DNA of 61,235 nucleotides. Origin: an uncultured Flavobacteriaceae bacterium (GTDB taxonomy: Bacteria > Bacteroidota > Bacteroidia > Flavobacteriales > Flavobacteriaceae). This document shows, in pieces, positions 61,182 through 61,235 of the stretch. Each line of letters opens with the position of its first letter. The first letter of the stretch is position 1. Below the pieces are notes generated by a model that was given only the letters and a program-made list of their open reading frames with translations, had not been told where the DNA came from and ran no database searches. Where the stretch lies: NCBI GenBank assembly GCA_963974735.1, contig CAXBEL010000001.1, positions 1 through 61,235 of the forward strand. The letters run 5' to 3'. The position numbers and the translations under genes were made by a program.

Positions 61182-61235
<54 letters not shown>

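Overview
AT-rich chromosomal window from a Flavobacteriaceae-type bacterium, inferred from gldKLMN, the xrtF pair, mevalonate genes and TAnnTTTG promoters. Most of it is conserved housekeeping DNA: ppiD (5' truncated), GHMP kinase with HMG-CoA reductase, DPP-IV with a POT transporter, comEC, lpxB, surE, prc, mreBCD-mrdA-rodA, purH, xrtF, groESL, secG, lptE, a sigma54 activator, miaB, topA, gldKLMN, an ABC-F, an RND efflux operon and a partial tRNA-fMet. The standout region is an accessory module at 16183-21011. It encodes a membrane-anchored exported TPR-CHAT (caspase-like) protease, a small secreted protein, a divergent ECF sigma factor and a TM-TPR anti-sigma candidate. An identically spaced motif, GGGTAAGAAA-N13-GAACTRGT, occurs once inside the sigma gene (facing the anti-sigma gene) and once over the CHAT stop codon (facing an ORF-less, terminator-bounded ~190-nt candidate sRNA). 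Two core genes are anomalous: mrdA (PBP2) is split by a frameshifting internal deletion, and surE has an apparent 11-codon in-frame insertion. A 59-aa CPXCG-type gene missed by the ORF track follows tolC. All product calls come from motifs and recalled family knowledge, not from database searches.
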